DNA of 24,140 nucleotides from Caedimonas varicaedens (GTDB lineage Bacteria; Pseudomonadota; Alphaproteobacteria; Caedimonadales; Caedimonadaceae): NCBI GenBank assembly GCA_001192655.1, contig BBVC01000071.1, positions 1 to 24,140 of the forward strand, read 5' to 3'. Shown piece by piece: positions 23,957 to 24,140 of this stretch (position 1 is its first letter; each line of letters starts with the position of its first letter). The notes under the pieces were generated by a model. It saw only the letters and a program-made list of their open reading frames with translations, ran no database searches and was not told where the DNA came from. The position numbers and the translations under genes were made by a program.

Positions 23957-24140
23957 CTAACAACATATAAAACGGTCATATTTTATTATCCTGAAATAAT
24001 TGCTCGATAGAACACCTTTTTTTGCGTCTAATTGCTTTTGCTTGTGCCCATTTATGCTCGATGGGATTAAAGTCTGGAGAATAAGGAGGCAGATACAGCA
24101 CGATATGCCCTGCCTCAGCAATTGCTTTTGCATCGCTTTT
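23957..24140 (-). mobile_element. Partial IS630-family insertion sequence (left boundary approximate)
   Basis: Contains the transposase 3' end. The IS terminus must lie between the transposase stop (23976) and the truncated ORF (about 23957). The terminal inverted repeat cannot be defined because the other end is outside the window. Confidence 0.55.
23976..24140 (-). CDS. IS630/Tc1-mariner family DDE transposase, C-terminal 54 codons (N-terminus beyond the right edge)
   Basis: Own translation of the minus strand from 24140: KSDAKAIAEAGHIVLYLPPYSPDFNPIEHKWAQAKAIRRKKRCSIEQLFQDNKI*, stop at 23978-23976. LPPYSPDxNPIExxW is the hallmark region around the third catalytic acidic residue of IS630-family transposases. 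Confidence 0.8.
   Translation of the reverse strand, partial: KSDAKAIAEAGHIVLYLPPYSPDFNPIEHKWAQAKAIRRKKRCSIEQLFQDNKI

Overview
AT-rich (about 40% GC by eye) chromosomal window from a Gram-negative bacterium. The gene content (kpsF-lptC-lptA-lptB-hpf without rpoN, a small RNase D-like exonuclease, a DsbD-family reductase, an Flp pilin, HAAAP aromatic amino-acid permeases, palindromic intergenic repeats, IS630) suggests a host-associated, possibly alphaproteobacterial organism; that is inference. Most of the window is housekeeping: tRNA-Pro, SDR oxidoreductase, nth, ABC exporter, VOC protein, yqgE, dsbD-like, rnhA, thiolase, rnd-like, kpsF, lptCAB, hpf. Seven things stand out. (1) A minus-strand ORF of more than 1598 codons covers bases 1-4795. 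It is missing from the supplied ORF track because it runs off the left edge. It encodes a giant VCBS/cadherin-like repeat protein with a P-domain-like insert. (2) A small secreted protein made of two cysteine-rich repeats resembles the MVL mannan-binding lectin and sits in an AT-rich islet. (3) The LptA homologue is about twice the normal length because of a 2 x 297 bp internal tandem duplication. (4) A consensus sigma70 promoter, a 22-codon Phe/Tyr-rich leader ORF and hairpins precede two tandem aromatic amino-acid permease paralogues, which makes a candidate attenuation-type control unit. (5) Two copies of a roughly 100-140 bp palindromic repeat family lie at convergent gene ends. (6) A partial IS630-family element at the right edge appears to truncate a membrane-protein gene. 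(7) An Flp pilin gene has no tad genes within the window. All family assignments come from motif recognition by eye and need HMM or BLAST confirmation.
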